A DNA stretch of 64,000 nucleotides from Octopus sinensis (GCF_006345805.1 NW_021833241.1:24329-88328); one strand, 5' to 3'. Shown: positions 25,485-40,336, counted from the first letter of the stretch. Translations and numbers: made by a program. The notes: generated by a model from the letters alone, not told the origin.

Positions 25485-25715
25485 GGCGGTGAGCTGGCAG
25501 AAACGTTAGCACGCCGGGCGAAATGATTAGGTGTATTTCGTCTGCCGTTACGTTCTGAGTTCAAATTCCGCCGACGTCGACTTTGCCTTTTATCATTTCG
25601 GCGTCGATAAATTAAGTACCAGTTATACAAGGGGGGCGATGTAATTGACTTAATCCTTTTGTCTGTTCTTCTTTGTCCCCTTTATGTTTAGACCCTTGTG
25701 GGTAATAAAGAAGTA
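25485..25715 (+). mobile_element. SINE family C monomer (Meta-domain-like ctttgcctttcatcctttcggggtcgata segment)
   Basis: A-box-like agctggcagaaacgttag and B-box-like gagttcaaattcc; many copies in the window. Confidence 0.9.
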
Positions 25716-27141
25716 AAAATAACCAGTTTTTAAATATGAACTGGGAACAACTGAATATTCAAGGCACTGCCCCAGTATAGCCAAGTTCCAATTACTGAAA
25801 CAAAGACTTGTATCTTTCTGACTTCCTCAATGTCTTGCGAGTGAAACTTTCACTCCACTGTTAGGTGGCGTTTCATATATTTTTTCGTAACTGTTTTAAT
25901 CAGCTCTACATCACTTGGAATTTCATGGCAGCATCGGCAGAAATCGTATAAAGAGGAATGGATTTAGGACAATTCCTGCATAAGCCTCTGTTGACTATCT
26001 CAGTTCTCATGGGTGCTTTTAGAAGGATAGATATTTCCCTTCAAACTAATTTCCTAACCCCAAACCTACATTTTGAATTTAAATATTTTTGTTCGACATA
26101 CCACATATTGCTTTTAGTGACATCAGATAATGCAACCATATTTTTTGTACGGAAATTCATAAAATAAAACATTCCGCAATTTTTATTTTTATTGTTCAAA
26201 ATGCAAGCATAATGCTCGTGTTTATCACGTATTCCACTCCTACTTGATATTTTATCGGTAATTTTCCTAAATTTTTATTAACTAAAACTGCAGATCTTAT
26301 CTAATTCACAATTTAGCTAGTATATCGCTATCAACTTGCATGTTGATTGATCTTAAAATTATTTGGATTCGTTAATGGAAATTTTAAGAGTAACCGGAAG
26401 ATTTAATCTTAGTTTGTGTTACTCGTTTTTCTGTATTTTCTCTTGTTTTCACCTATTTCCAGTACATGCAAATGCATCGTAAGATGATCATGTTTGATAT
26501 CAAACTGAAATATCCTTCCTTGCATATTCTAGTCCGTTAAATGTGTATTCGTTTGCAACATTTCTATTTTGTTTATCAATAACATATTAGTTACAATTTA
26601 CGTATAATATACTAAAAATTGATCCCCATGTTATCCTGTTTTCGTTGAGTAATGGGAAATGTTGTTTGTTATCATAAACCACTTATCCCCCGGAATTTCA
26701 GTAATTTAACCCTCAATCTGCAGAATTGTCAGGTCCACATACTTTTGTTAGATGCTGAAATTACTTGAATCGATTTTAAATTACTTCCGAAATTGCCGGT
26801 AATAATACAGGGATAGCTTCTTAATTTATGGTATATTTCTGCAAAAAAGGTATTTCAAGAATTTTTTTTTCTCTTTAAATACCTCGACATTGTATATCAT
26901 TGTGAAAAAAAAAATTGAAAATATATAGGAGAAGAAAATGGATAAAATAACAATGGGAAACTCGTGGTTTACGCTGGTATGTCTTTAATTAAAATAGGTA
27001 ACAAAGAAGGAAGAAGGTAATTAAATTAGGTAAGAAAGAAGGAAGAAGCAGATATGAGGGTAGCGGTTACGATCGTTCCGATTTACTAGTTTAAGTAAAA
27101 CTCTTCAGAATGCGAATATAATTGATACATATATGATGTGA

Positions 27142-27173
<32 letters not shown>

Positions 27174-27208
27174 ATGTATGTCTATATTTATATATATGTA
27201 TATATATG

Positions 27209-27309
<101 letters not shown>

Positions 27310-27325
27310 ATATATATATATATAT

Positions 27326-29112
<1,787 letters not shown>

Positions 29113-29119
29113 ACATCTC

Positions 29120-29658
29120 CTCATACAATCCTAGAAAGAAAGAAGATTTCAATATCATCGTCCCAAAACTTCCAATAATTCATAAGGACACCAAACCTAA
29201 GGAAATTCTACGTAACCATAAAATCATTAAGAGCGGCAAACAGCCCACGATATTGAAGAAGATCCTCACCAATGCCAAGTTATTTTCTTGAATAACGGAC
29301 GCAAGAGTCGTAACGTTTGGTTGCCCTATTTGCGGAACATGTCCCAATCTATTGGAAGGAACGGAATTCCATTTCAGACAAGAACAACTTTTCTAAATCA
29401 AATCTAACTTCAATTGCGCCTCCTATAATCTCAATTGCGTAATCAGATGCTGGGGCTGCATCGAAATTCTATTGACTCAAGAGGAAATTTAATCCAAAAA
29501 CGTTGTACACGTCCACAGACAACAACTTTCTCCCTTCAATATCGCCAAATATACCTCCGTCAACACACTGACGAATTTGCAGAACGATTCGTAATTTTCC
29601 CATTTTATCGACTTTTATTCTGGACATCAACACAAGTAAGACTGAATATAAATTACTG
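29120..29658 (+). mobile_element. Penelope-like retroelement remnant (linker and GIY-YIG endonuclease region, with stops and frameshifts)
   Basis: Reads ...LKKILTNAK...GCPICGTCPNLLEG...F*IKSNFNCASYNLNCVIRCWGC...QYRQI.L.QH...FVIFPFY, the C-x2-C-x2-C ... F-x-C-x-S-x-N ... C-x2-C pattern that precedes PLE GIY-YIG domains. Confidence 0.8.
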
Positions 29659-30290
29659 AGTAGACAGGGACATTGACTCTTAAACCTTGAGAAAACGGGA
29701 GGGGGCATGACATTTCCCTTGTTGCAGACGACTCTCAGGATCACAATAGTTGCTGGAGAACTTACTATGCATAGCCACCTGCCATTCCTTCGGTTTACTT
29801 TTTGGTCCTGATTGAAATTTTTTTTCATCTGGGAAAACCATCCTTGTGTTTTAACTTGTTTAGCTTTGAAAAGATCGAAAGATCCTTGCTTGTCACATAA
29901 ATGAAACGACCCGCCCCCATCACATAGGACTTGTATTTAATGCCCTCATGCACAATTCTTCTGATGGTGCATTCTCAAAACCTGAGGTTCTTCGCATGGC
30001 TTTGATTGATTTACAGTGGATTTTATCGCTTGTTTCTTGAGAATCTTGAACAAATCAATTTTGTCTGATAGTGGATCTCACTCGTTACATTAGTTTTACG
30101 TTCAGCTACTGATGCTGAACCTCCAACAGCAGATTTTTTGATAACAAAAGAGAGGGCAGCTTTCTTGAAGCGAGCTATCTCTGTATCACAATGTTTAGAA
30201 GAGCACTATCTCTGTATCACAACGATTCCGGTGTGGTTTTGCATTTGCTGACACAATCTGATGCCTGACGTTATTTACATGAAAAGTAGA
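29659..30290 (-). mobile_element. IS630-Tc1-mariner superfamily transposase remnant (N-terminal two-thirds)
   Basis: Reads DTEIARF...TIRRIVHEGIKYKSYVM...(P)DEKNFNQDQKVNRRNGRWLC...PATIVILRVVCNKGNVMPP..QGLRVN; the first catalytic D lies in the DEK motif. Confidence 0.85.
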
Positions 30291-30476
30291 GTTACAAAAA
30301 CTTTCCAAGGCAGTAAGAGCTCCTGAAAGAGTTGTCGTCAAAATATTGATGCACATATACATACATATATACATATACATAATTACACACACGCGCGCAC
30401 GTACGCGTACGCGAACACACACACACACGCACATACATACATACACACACAAATATATATATATATATATTCAAAA

Positions 30477-30672
30477 TGTGACCGTTGGCGATTTTTTTCT
30501 TCCGTCTTCCCTTCTTCGATTTTTCCTTTTCCTATGTTTCTGATGAAGAGCTCCGCTCGAAACGTAAAACCCTCCTTTTTCCCTTCCTTCCTGAGCGTCC
30601 AATAAAACTATATTTGTTCCACGTCCTCGCGTTGTTGTGTTTTCTCTTTGTCTTTTCATGTTTGGATTAACT
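30477..30672 (+). mobile_element. ~200-bp dispersed repeat, probably a Penelope-like terminal repeat, carrying a hammerhead motif
   Basis: Homologue of 11577-11776; flanked by microsatellites. Confidence 0.75.
30536..30570 (+). ncRNA. Minimal type-I hammerhead ribozyme motif
   Basis: guuu-CUGAUGA-A-GAGC(ucc)GCUC-GAA-ACGU-A-aaac: intact core, 4-bp helix II, palindromic ACGU helix III, GUA cleavage triplet at 30564-30566, 4-bp helix I. Confidence 0.7.
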
Positions 30673-31151
30673 CTGTCTCTGTCTCTATATATATACACAC
30701 ACACACACACTAGAATTCTCAAATGAATGTGGTCAGATTAAGACAGCTTTAGGAAGAACTGTGTTTCGGTTCATGTACGCAATAAAGATTCTTGTTAAAC
30801 TGCCATTTGCATTTTTCTTAGCAATTAAATTTGTCGTATCGGGACAAAATACAAATTTCTTTTTATAAATCGCTCACTGTTATTTGGGCGACATCCTTCT
30901 CATTAGTGAAATTCGATGACAAACTTTCAAGATTCACAGATATTTGCACTTCCCGATGCCATTAAGAACAATGTGTCGTTTCTTGATGTGTATCTCTAGT
31001 CCTCTAATGAGCATCTTACAAACTTCTTCCACACAAAATCAAATTAACTTGGTTAAAAAATGCGATTTAGAATCGACATATCAGTTACCAAAACGTGACA
31101 CAAACACGACCAGGTACCCTAAATATTAATTCTAAAATCCCTAATTATTGT

Positions 31152-31395
31152 GACGTATATTTGCCATTTAAATATGGCTAACGCCTAAGGGTGGATGCTA
31201 CTGTAGTTTGTAGCCCCAGGAGGACACCTCTTCCAGCTGGCTTTAGGACACGTTTTCTGTGACCTATCAGTATTTGCACAGTAGGGCACAGAAAGTGTGT
31301 CTAAAGACAGCTGGAGGAGGTGTCCTCCAGGGGCTACAAACTACAATAGCAGCCACCCTTAGGGGCTAGCCATATTTAAATGGCAAATATACGTC
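31152..31395. repeat. Foldback element with ~110-bp inverted arms and a 25-nt loop
   Basis: 31152-31261 pairs with 31287-31395; outer 29 bp perfect, about 9 substitutions and 1 indel overall by manual alignment. Confidence 0.93.
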
Positions 31396-32329
31396 TCGAC
31401 GTGTTGCAGCTACTGTTTATAACTCGCTCTAAGATTTATTATCACTAAATATTAATTGCAAGTAAAGTCATATGTATACTTTTATTTTTAGGATTTTCAT
31501 AAAAGTATCAGAAACAGAAGAGCCTCAGAATATGTTAAAAAACATTCTATTGTCTTTTACACAATATTGTTGTTACGGCTCTTTAACTCTACTTCAGATC
31601 TGATAAAGAAAATCTATGATCAATGGCAAGTTTTCTCGGCCATTGATGTCGTGTCCTACATATGCAAATCATCTTTCCTTTTCAATTTGAATATGTAATT
31701 TGAAGGACATTTAACAAATAGTTCAGCTTTACGCACAATACTGAAGCTCTTTGCTTGGATCGTTTCAATCCAAAGTACATTTAATATATCTTGCGCTTAT
31801 TCATTCTCTTGGCATAGGGTATTATTATTGTTTGAGTGTTAAAGAATACTTGAACCCAATGAAGTAAGCCGAAAAATGTGAGATAAACATCAGTCAAGGC
31901 TACAGATTTATACCATTGACATAAAAGTGAACGCTATAAATATATATTAGGTATATATATTTCTAATATATTTTCATTGATCCACAATAACATGATTGTA
32001 CACCATGAGGTCCGTCTTCTTTCTTCGTATTCATGTGTGCGCGTTTGTATATACAAATGTATATAGATCGAGGTTGATAGCTAGGTACGTTAACAGATGG
32101 ATATACACATACATTAATAGAGAGGCTGATAGGTAGATACATACATAGAGATATAGAGGCATAGGTGGAGAGATGGATATGAGGAGATGGTCAGAGAAAG
32201 AGAAAGTTCGTAGGAAAGTAGATGGGGGTCGATATAATCGACTTAATGTCGTATGGGCGGTGCCCTAGCAAGTACATCACAGGAGAAATTAAAAAGAATA
32301 ACATTTATGTATGAATACACACACACATA

Positions 32330-32338
32330 CATATATAA

Positions 32339-32387
<49 letters not shown>

Positions 32388-32761
32388 CTATACCTATATA
32401 TATGTAAATATATATACTTGTATATATACAAAATATATATATGTATATATATGAATTATATATATATATGAATATAGACATATACGTATGCATATATATA
32501 TACATAGGTATAGATATTTTATATATACACACATACACACTCGCACTCACAGACATGCATATGTACATATTGTTTAGATATGTGTGTACGCATGCTGAGT
32601 GTGAATGTATGTGTGTGAGTGTGTGTGTGTGTGTTTGTGTGTGTTTCTGTGTGTGCGTATGCTTGGGTACGTGTAGAGAACGAGCATGAGAAAGAGAGGG
32701 AAAAAATGGATACAAGTGTGTGACAATGGGAGAGGGGATGGAGAAAAATTGAGAGAGAGAG

Positions 32762-32820
<59 letters not shown>

Positions 32821-32829
32821 AAGATAGAT

Positions 32830-32906
<77 letters not shown>
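32330..32906. repeat. Compound TA/TG/GA/GATA microsatellites
   Basis: Direct reading. Confidence 0.9.
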
Positions 32907-32907
<1 letters not shown>

Positions 32908-33164
32908 AGTCAAAATTAGCCGAAACCGAAGCAAGCAGTAAATCTTCCCCGAAATACACACAGCTCATTAATTCTGTCTGATAAATGAAATAAAATCAAT
33001 ATGGCGATCAGATTTACCCTACAGGGGACACATGTAACCAACAGCGTACCCAGCAGGCTACCCGGCTGGAGCCTAATAAAATTATCTCTACATTATTAAT
33101 CAGACTTTCCTATCCTACTTTCCTATCTATTATTTACTCATTCCTTTCGTATTTTACATGCAAT

Positions 33165-33649
33165 ACATACATACATACATACATAGATTCGTACATACAT
33201 ACATAGATTCGTACATACATACATAGATTCGTACATACATACATACATTCATACATACATAGAAACATACATACATACATACATACATATATGCAAGCAT
33301 CCATACATACATACATACATTCGTACATGCATACATATATGCAAGCATACATACATACATACATACATACATACATACATACATACACACATACATACAT
33401 ACATACATACATACATACATGCATGCATACATGCATACATACATACATACATACATACATTCGTACATGCATACATACATACATACAAACATACATACAC
33501 ACACATACATACATACATACATACATACATACATGCATGCATGCATGCATACATACCTACATACACACATACATACGCACATACATACATACATACACAC
33601 ACATATACATACATACACATACATTCATACATACATGCATGCATACATT

Positions 33650-33681
<32 letters not shown>

Positions 33682-33912
33682 CATTCGTACATACATACAT
33701 ACATGCATACATACATACATACATACATACATACATACAAGCATACATACATACATAAATACACACACACATACATACATACATACGAACATACATACAT
33801 GCATGCATGCATACATACATACATTCATACTTACATACAAACATACATACATACATACATACAAACATACATACATTCATACATACATTCATACATACAT
33901 ACATACAAGCAT

Positions 33913-33956
<44 letters not shown>

Positions 33957-33960
33957 GTAT
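33165..33960. repeat. (TACA)n/(CATG) degenerate tetranucleotide array
   Basis: About 800 bp; includes three copies of acatagattcgtacatacat. Confidence 0.96.
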
Positions 33961-34750
33961 ACATATATATATTTACAAATAAGCAGCAAGAATTACAGTT
34001 GCTATGCATGAACATCTTATATACCTACCCATCTGCATATCTACTTATCTTTCTCCCTTATATACACGTTCGTTTATATGTCTTTATGTCGACTCGTATG
34101 TAACTAAGAATTCAGTTTATCTCTATTTTCCTCTCTTTCTAACTCCATTTTAGTTTTGGTACACGTACCCCGCTCTTTCTTATTTCTCTTCTCGTTTTCC
34201 TTACTGCCTTACACACACCCTCTCTCGTTTTCTCTCCTTTATCGCTCTCAATCTCTTTCTCACTGCGCCCCTTCTTCTTTTTCTGTACGCCATTTCTTAT
34301 CTGTAAATCAACACCTTTTCAATCTATCGCATCCTCGCCAACCCCGAGTATCAAGTTTCCTTGCTACGACATTGTGTCTAAATCTTTCAGTCGGTCTCCT
34401 TAAACTTCTCCCTGTCGGCCACTACACGTTCTCTGTCATTTTAGTTCCACCACTCCGGTGTGATCTGTTTTGATCTAGAACCGTCTGTTGTACTCCATCT
34501 ACACATCTGATTTTCTCACTTATTTTTTTTCACACCTTGCTCTGCCGTTCTATCTTCTCTACCCTCTGTTGGTACATATTCATTGCACAGTGTTAGACTA
34601 TCCACTCAACTCCCGATTTCCACGTCTTTGTTCATCTGTTTGATTGTCTGTCTCTATCTCCCGCTCTCACTCTCTACCTCTTCCTCTCTCTCTCTATCTC
34701 TATCTCTCTTTTACTATATATTCATCCAGCAATACGCCTCTCAGTATATA

Positions 34751-35346
34751 CATTTCTTTAATACCCACATGGGGCTAAACACAGATAGGACAAACTAGGA
34801 CAGACAAACGGATTAAGTCGATTACATCGACCCAGTGTGTAACTGGTACTTATTTAATCGACCCGGAAAAGATGAAAGGCAAAGTCGACCTCGGCGAAAT
34901 TTGAACTCGGAACGTAACAGCAGACGAAATACTTATTTCTTTACTACCCACAAGGGGCTAAACACAGAGAGGACAAACTAGGACAGACAAACGGATTAAG
35001 TCGATTATATCTACTCCAGTGCGTAACTGGTACTTATTTAATCGACCCCGAAAAGATGAAAGGCAAAGTCGACCTCGGCGAAATTTGAACTGGGAACGTA
35101 ACAGCAGACGAAATACTTATTTCTTTACTACCCACAAGGGGCTAAACACAGAGAGGACAAACTAGGACAGACAAACGGATTAAGTCGATTATATCTACTC
35201 CAGTGCGTAACTGGTACTTATTTAATCGACCCCGAAAAGATGAAAGGCAAAGTCGACCTCGGCGGAATTTGAACTTGGAACGTAATGACAGACGAAATAC
35301 GGCTACGCATTTCGCCCGGCATGCTAATGTTTCTGCCAGCTCACCT
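34751..35346 (-). mobile_element. SINE family C tandem trimer with a 14-bp TSD
   Basis: 184-bp period (tatttcttta at 34934 and 35118); one head at the 35346 end; cctctcagtatata at 34737-34750 and 35347-35360. Confidence 0.92.
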
Positions 35347-35874
35347 CCTCTCAGTATATATGTCTGTATGTAACTGACAACCCCTCTCTCGTTCCTATGA
35401 TGGAACCACATAGGGGACGCCCCAGTTGTCAGAAATGCCAGTAAACATAACTGAATGCATCATGGTTACAAGTTAATAAGAAACACAATAATCGAAAATG
35501 GAACCTGTTAATGTAGAAAACATACAAACAAATCAATTAGCTACATTCTTGGTATTTACACCTCTTCCAATTTGGCTAATTAAAAGTAAAACACGCTCAC
35601 ATCTGAAGTACTTTTGCTAAGTGCTAGCGTATATTATTGTATACTGGATGGGTCAGTATGCCAAAAATAATAAACATACGCACTGGTCCAATATCGTTCC
35701 TTCAATGTTCGTCAATATTTCGGTTAGTTGTTAGTGATACTGAAATAGCATGTTTTTTTTTAACATTATTAGCATAATTACTCTCTCAAGAGACAAGATT
35801 TGTTTCAACACACGGATTTAAATCAGGAATCTTGCAAATTATATACGAAAAAGAAACTAACACCTATCTGTAAT

Positions 35875-36225
35875 TAAGAGGTGCGCTTCCCAACAACATG
35901 GCTTTGGGTTAAATCGTACTGCACGGTACTTTGGGCAAGTGGTATCTACTATAGCCCAAAACCGTGAGGGAATATCTGTGAGCGAATTTGATAGCAGAAA
36001 GGTGTATGTAAGCGTGTTTGTGGTGTGTTCATACCCAACCAGCGAATGACTAGAGCTTTATGACGCTTACATTCTCGTAAAATAGCGGTCCGCCAAAAGA
36101 GTACAATAGAATAGGTGTTATACTTAAACACAAAATAAATAAATAAATAAAATAATAAGAAAAATGCAAGTACTGGTGTCGATTTGTTCGATTAAATCCT
36201 TGAAGCAACAATTAAAAGAGTAAAA
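35875..36225 (+). mobile_element. Highly diverged SINE family A relic
   Basis: cttgggcaagtggtatctactatagcc and tagcggtccgccaaaagagtacaatagaatagg match family A segments. Confidence 0.6.
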
Positions 36226-36879
36226 GAAATTAAAGATGATCGATGCGTAAAAAATAATTATAAACAACTTTGTCTTTTGATTATCTCAATATCTGACACA
36301 TGACCTAGTTGCTTTCCTTTAACAAAGATTAGTGTCTGACTATATATTCCCTCTGAATATTTTTCGGTATTACTGAGCCCCCTATATATATGTTAGTCCT
36401 CTAAATGGAAACCTTACCTATTATTGGGCTTTTGTGGCAGGAAGCGAATCAGGCTTTGCCATCCACTCCAGAAAACACATAGTAAAATGATTGACAAGCA
36501 CTCAAGAAATCTAAGTCCGCAACTTGTTCATTTTACCAAAAGGTTCTCAAGGTACCAGCAGGCCTGAAAGAAACATATTCGTGTCAATAAGGCATGATTA
36601 ACGTTTTATTTACTGGCCCCTCATTTGTCGTTCTCGACAAGGGAATCTAACTTCAGTATCAATGTATGAGGATCCGACAACCTACACTATCTTTGTCAGT
36701 CATAATACTTTTTATTTCGAATTTCGCATTTGACTTCCGCTACTGATTTGCAAAGAAACCCGCAGATGCTGCAAGAATGGGGATGATATGTCGAAGGAGG
36801 CGGTAATTTTGCAACCCCTTTTCTCAGTTGCCTTTCAGCCCTCTTAGAGTGCTAGTGCTATTTGAAACAAAGACCCTTA

Positions 36880-37290
36880 TACTAGTTTGACATGATTTTG
36901 TTTGCGCTAAGGTTTCGTGAGCTATATTTACCGTTGAGAGGATGTCCTTACGTGGCTGTCATTACATACTCTTCGGCTTGTACCTACCTATATGGTCAAC
37001 CAACTTTCCTGGGCCCTCTATCAAGCGGGATGTAGACGAGAACTTTGTGTCTTCTTTCGTAATTCATTCTGACGACATGACCTACTCAGTGAAATTGCAA
37101 CTGAATAAGGAAGCTCACGTTTCCGTTAAACTTATACTTGCTAAACAGGTCGACATTAGACACTCTGTTTCTTAATGATTGACCGTAAGTTAACTGAAAT
37201 AGCGGAAGACATCTAACTGGTCAATGTGCTACATATATGGCGTCCACTATTCCGGTACGTACAGGCCTTTACTTTAATATCAAGCTTAAT
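36880..37290 (-). mobile_element. Old RTE-clade LINE remnant (frameshifted C-terminus of ORF2)
   Basis: Piecing frames together gives DIKVK...HIDQLDVF...LRSII...NRVSNVDL...QLQFH*VGHVVRMNYER...RGPRKVG*P, matching RTE motifs such as W-A-G-H-V-V-R-M and G-R-P. Confidence 0.7.
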
Positions 37291-37734
37291 GTATTTATTA
37301 AGCATTGTTTCCGACTGTGTGTCTCTTTCGTTCACTCTCTCTATCTCTTTTTCCCGCTCTGTCTTCTCTGCTATCTTATGTATGATGCGTGTGGCAGACA
37401 TTCTATTTGCTACTTGATTTTGCCACACGTTTTCGATCTGAAAGCATGGTATGTTGGAGTATCACTATTTCTATACGTTCCGAAGTACCTTGATCTTGAA
37501 ATCAAGTTAAAAGTAAGTGTGGAATTCCCTTGGATGTGCTGTGTTGTAGACAATGGAGAGGCTTCTTAAATACATGCACATAAGACACCTCCTGATACTC
37601 ACATATTGATATGCATGTATATATGCATTTAAATATAATACATGTATATATACATGTGTGTGTGTATGTGTGTGTGTGCGTATCCATGTCTATATTCATA
37701 CGCACACATACACACGCAGACACTCAGATATATT

Positions 37735-37945
<211 letters not shown>

Positions 37946-38259
37946 AGTTTGTAGGCCACGTGTAGCCTGACTTGTCTGCCTATCTTTCTTTCTATCTATC
38001 TATCTATCTAACTATCTATTTGTCTATCTATCGTATGATCGATTTATATCAGCCTATATATGCGTTTGCTGGTATGTATACACTATCTATGTACACCTAC
38101 ACACTTCTGTAAAACAATACACAGATACACATGCAAACACACACACATATGTGTGTGTGTGTATATATAATATATATAAATACACCCCCACACATATATA
38201 TATATATATACATGTATACACACACATACACACACACACATACATAAATATATATATAC

Positions 38260-38330
<71 letters not shown>

Positions 38331-39417
38331 TATGTATATATATAGATGATCGTTGTTTACATATGTTTGATATATCACGTACATCTTAGTCTTCAATCAT
38401 AATTCTCTCTAACATCTATATCATAATCTCATACATCTTACAATGATATCTGGTATATGACAGATTGCTCATAAAATCGTACGATTATACTTATACCACT
38501 TGTCTTATCTTACTTTCGCATAAGAGTTTTACGGAAGGTATAGTTTTCCTTCTTTTATTTTCATGCCAAGTTATCTTATCTCTTTCAAGAGGCTTCATGT
38601 CGTGTATTTCAGCTTCTTGCCAAGAATATGTCAGTGTAAAAGAAACACAAACCCGCCACACCGATGGAAGATTGTTGCTTCTGTTGCTGTTCTCTACTGA
38701 TGTAGCTGCTGGTGTTATTGATGCTGGTGCTGCAGATGCTACTTTCTCTACAGTTGCAGACACTAATTAGTCGAGAAAACTCACAGGTTAAAAGTTAAAA
38801 GAGACTCTATTGGGATTTGAATTCTAACGTAAAATATTTGAAACTAACACATTATGATGAATATACTGGCGAAATTTCGTTTGTACCGAATCTTCCATTT
38901 TTGACAAGATGCCAGATCTCTTGGTGTTTTTGTTATAGTTACGTGTTCGTATCCCACAGTGGGTTACGTTTATGTACCGCTCCATAGAATAATTAGTTAA
39001 AAGCAGGATAGGTTATGAAACTGAGTTGTTATTCAGAAATCAGGGCAACGTGGGAAATTTACCTGCAATAAACTAGAATCGTAGACTGCTGCAGGTTATA
39101 TTTCGTTCTTCGAATACGCATTCGAGAGACGTTACACACAGACACACACACACAAACACGTACACACGAACACACACAGCTACATATATATATATATATA
39201 TATATATAAATACTTGTACCTACCTACATACGTACATGAATACATGTACTTACCTGCCTACCTACCAACATGCATATATACATTGCACTGCATGGCAAAA
39301 ATATAACTGTTGGTTTAAGATTTTGGTACAAGGGCATCATCTTTGTGTCAGGAATGTTGATTTTACCTGCGCGTGTGCTCAGTTGCAATGTATGTTAACG
39401 ACCCCGATTAAATGGCA

Positions 39418-39580
39418 GGTATAGTTGACTTTGCCTTTCATCCTTTCGGGGTCGATAAATTAAGTACCAGTTACGCACTGGGGTCGATGTAATCGACTTG
39501 ATACCTATGTCTGTCTTTGTTTGTCCCCTCTATGTTTAGCCCCTTGTGGGTAATAAAGAAACAGGTATAGTCGACTTCAG
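39418..39580 (+). mobile_element. SINE family C body fragment
   Basis: ctttgcctttcatcctttcggggtcgataaattaagtacc... through to the tail. Confidence 0.85.
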
Positions 39581-39659
39581 TGGAAATTTAACACAGAGCG
39601 AAAAGTTGGAAGAAATGCCACCGAACGCCTGAGCTAAAATATATTAGTTTCAAGTTTTG

Positions 39660-39795
39660 GTATAAGGCCACACACAGGGCTTTGATCGACCCGGGGCTAT
39701 AGTAGAAGACAGTTGTCCAAGGTGCCACACAGTGGCACTGAACCCGGAACCCTGTGGTTGGTAAGCATGGTACTTACCACACAGCCACCCCTACA
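39660..39795 (-). mobile_element. SINE family A head fragment
   Basis: ggggctatagtagaagac...actgaacccggaacc...cttaccacacagccac. Confidence 0.8.
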
Positions 39796-40084
39796 CATAT
39801 TGTTTACAACTCGTCCTAAACACACTCATTCCTCACTTTTTTTCTCATATTACTCTTAAAATACACACGCTAATATAGAGACCTGTAATGATTCACTAAA
39901 CGATAGTTAGATAAGTTTCACACTCGTTAGCACATTAATATACATATCTATTCATAATCACAGAAAATATATTTAATCATCATTACAGATACTCGCTCCG
40001 ACACATTCATTTATTTAACTTAACTACATACAAACATGAAATTAAAGGTACTCTACATATACATGAAAATAACACATGTTTATA

Positions 40085-40275
40085 TACCTATTTCTTTACT
40101 ACCCACAAGGGGCTACACACAGAGAGGACAAAGAAGGACAGACAAACGGATTAAGTCGATTATATCCACCGCGATTTAATCGACCGCGATTTAATCGACC
40201 GCGAAAGGATGAAAGGCAAAGTCGACCTCGGCGGAATTTAAACTCAGAACATAACGGCAGACGAAATACTGCTAA
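40085..40275 (-). mobile_element. SINE family C fragment with an internal 14-bp tandem rearrangement
   Basis: ccgcgatttaatcga is repeated in place of the normal middle segment. Confidence 0.85.
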
Positions 40276-40336
40276 CCTGAGCAGAAAAAAAAAACATACA
40301 TACACAAAAATTGACCAAGTTACACGGGAGAACAGT

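Noticed and set aside
34751-35346. Regularly spaced repeats as a CRISPR array
   Set aside because: The units are 184-bp SINE bodies with no unique spacers, there are no cas genes, and the context is eukaryotic.
38491-38763. 90-aa minus-strand ORF starting MSATVEKVASAAPAS
   Set aside because: The N-terminus derives from a degenerate (GCT/GTT) triplet tract; the rest has no recognisable motif.
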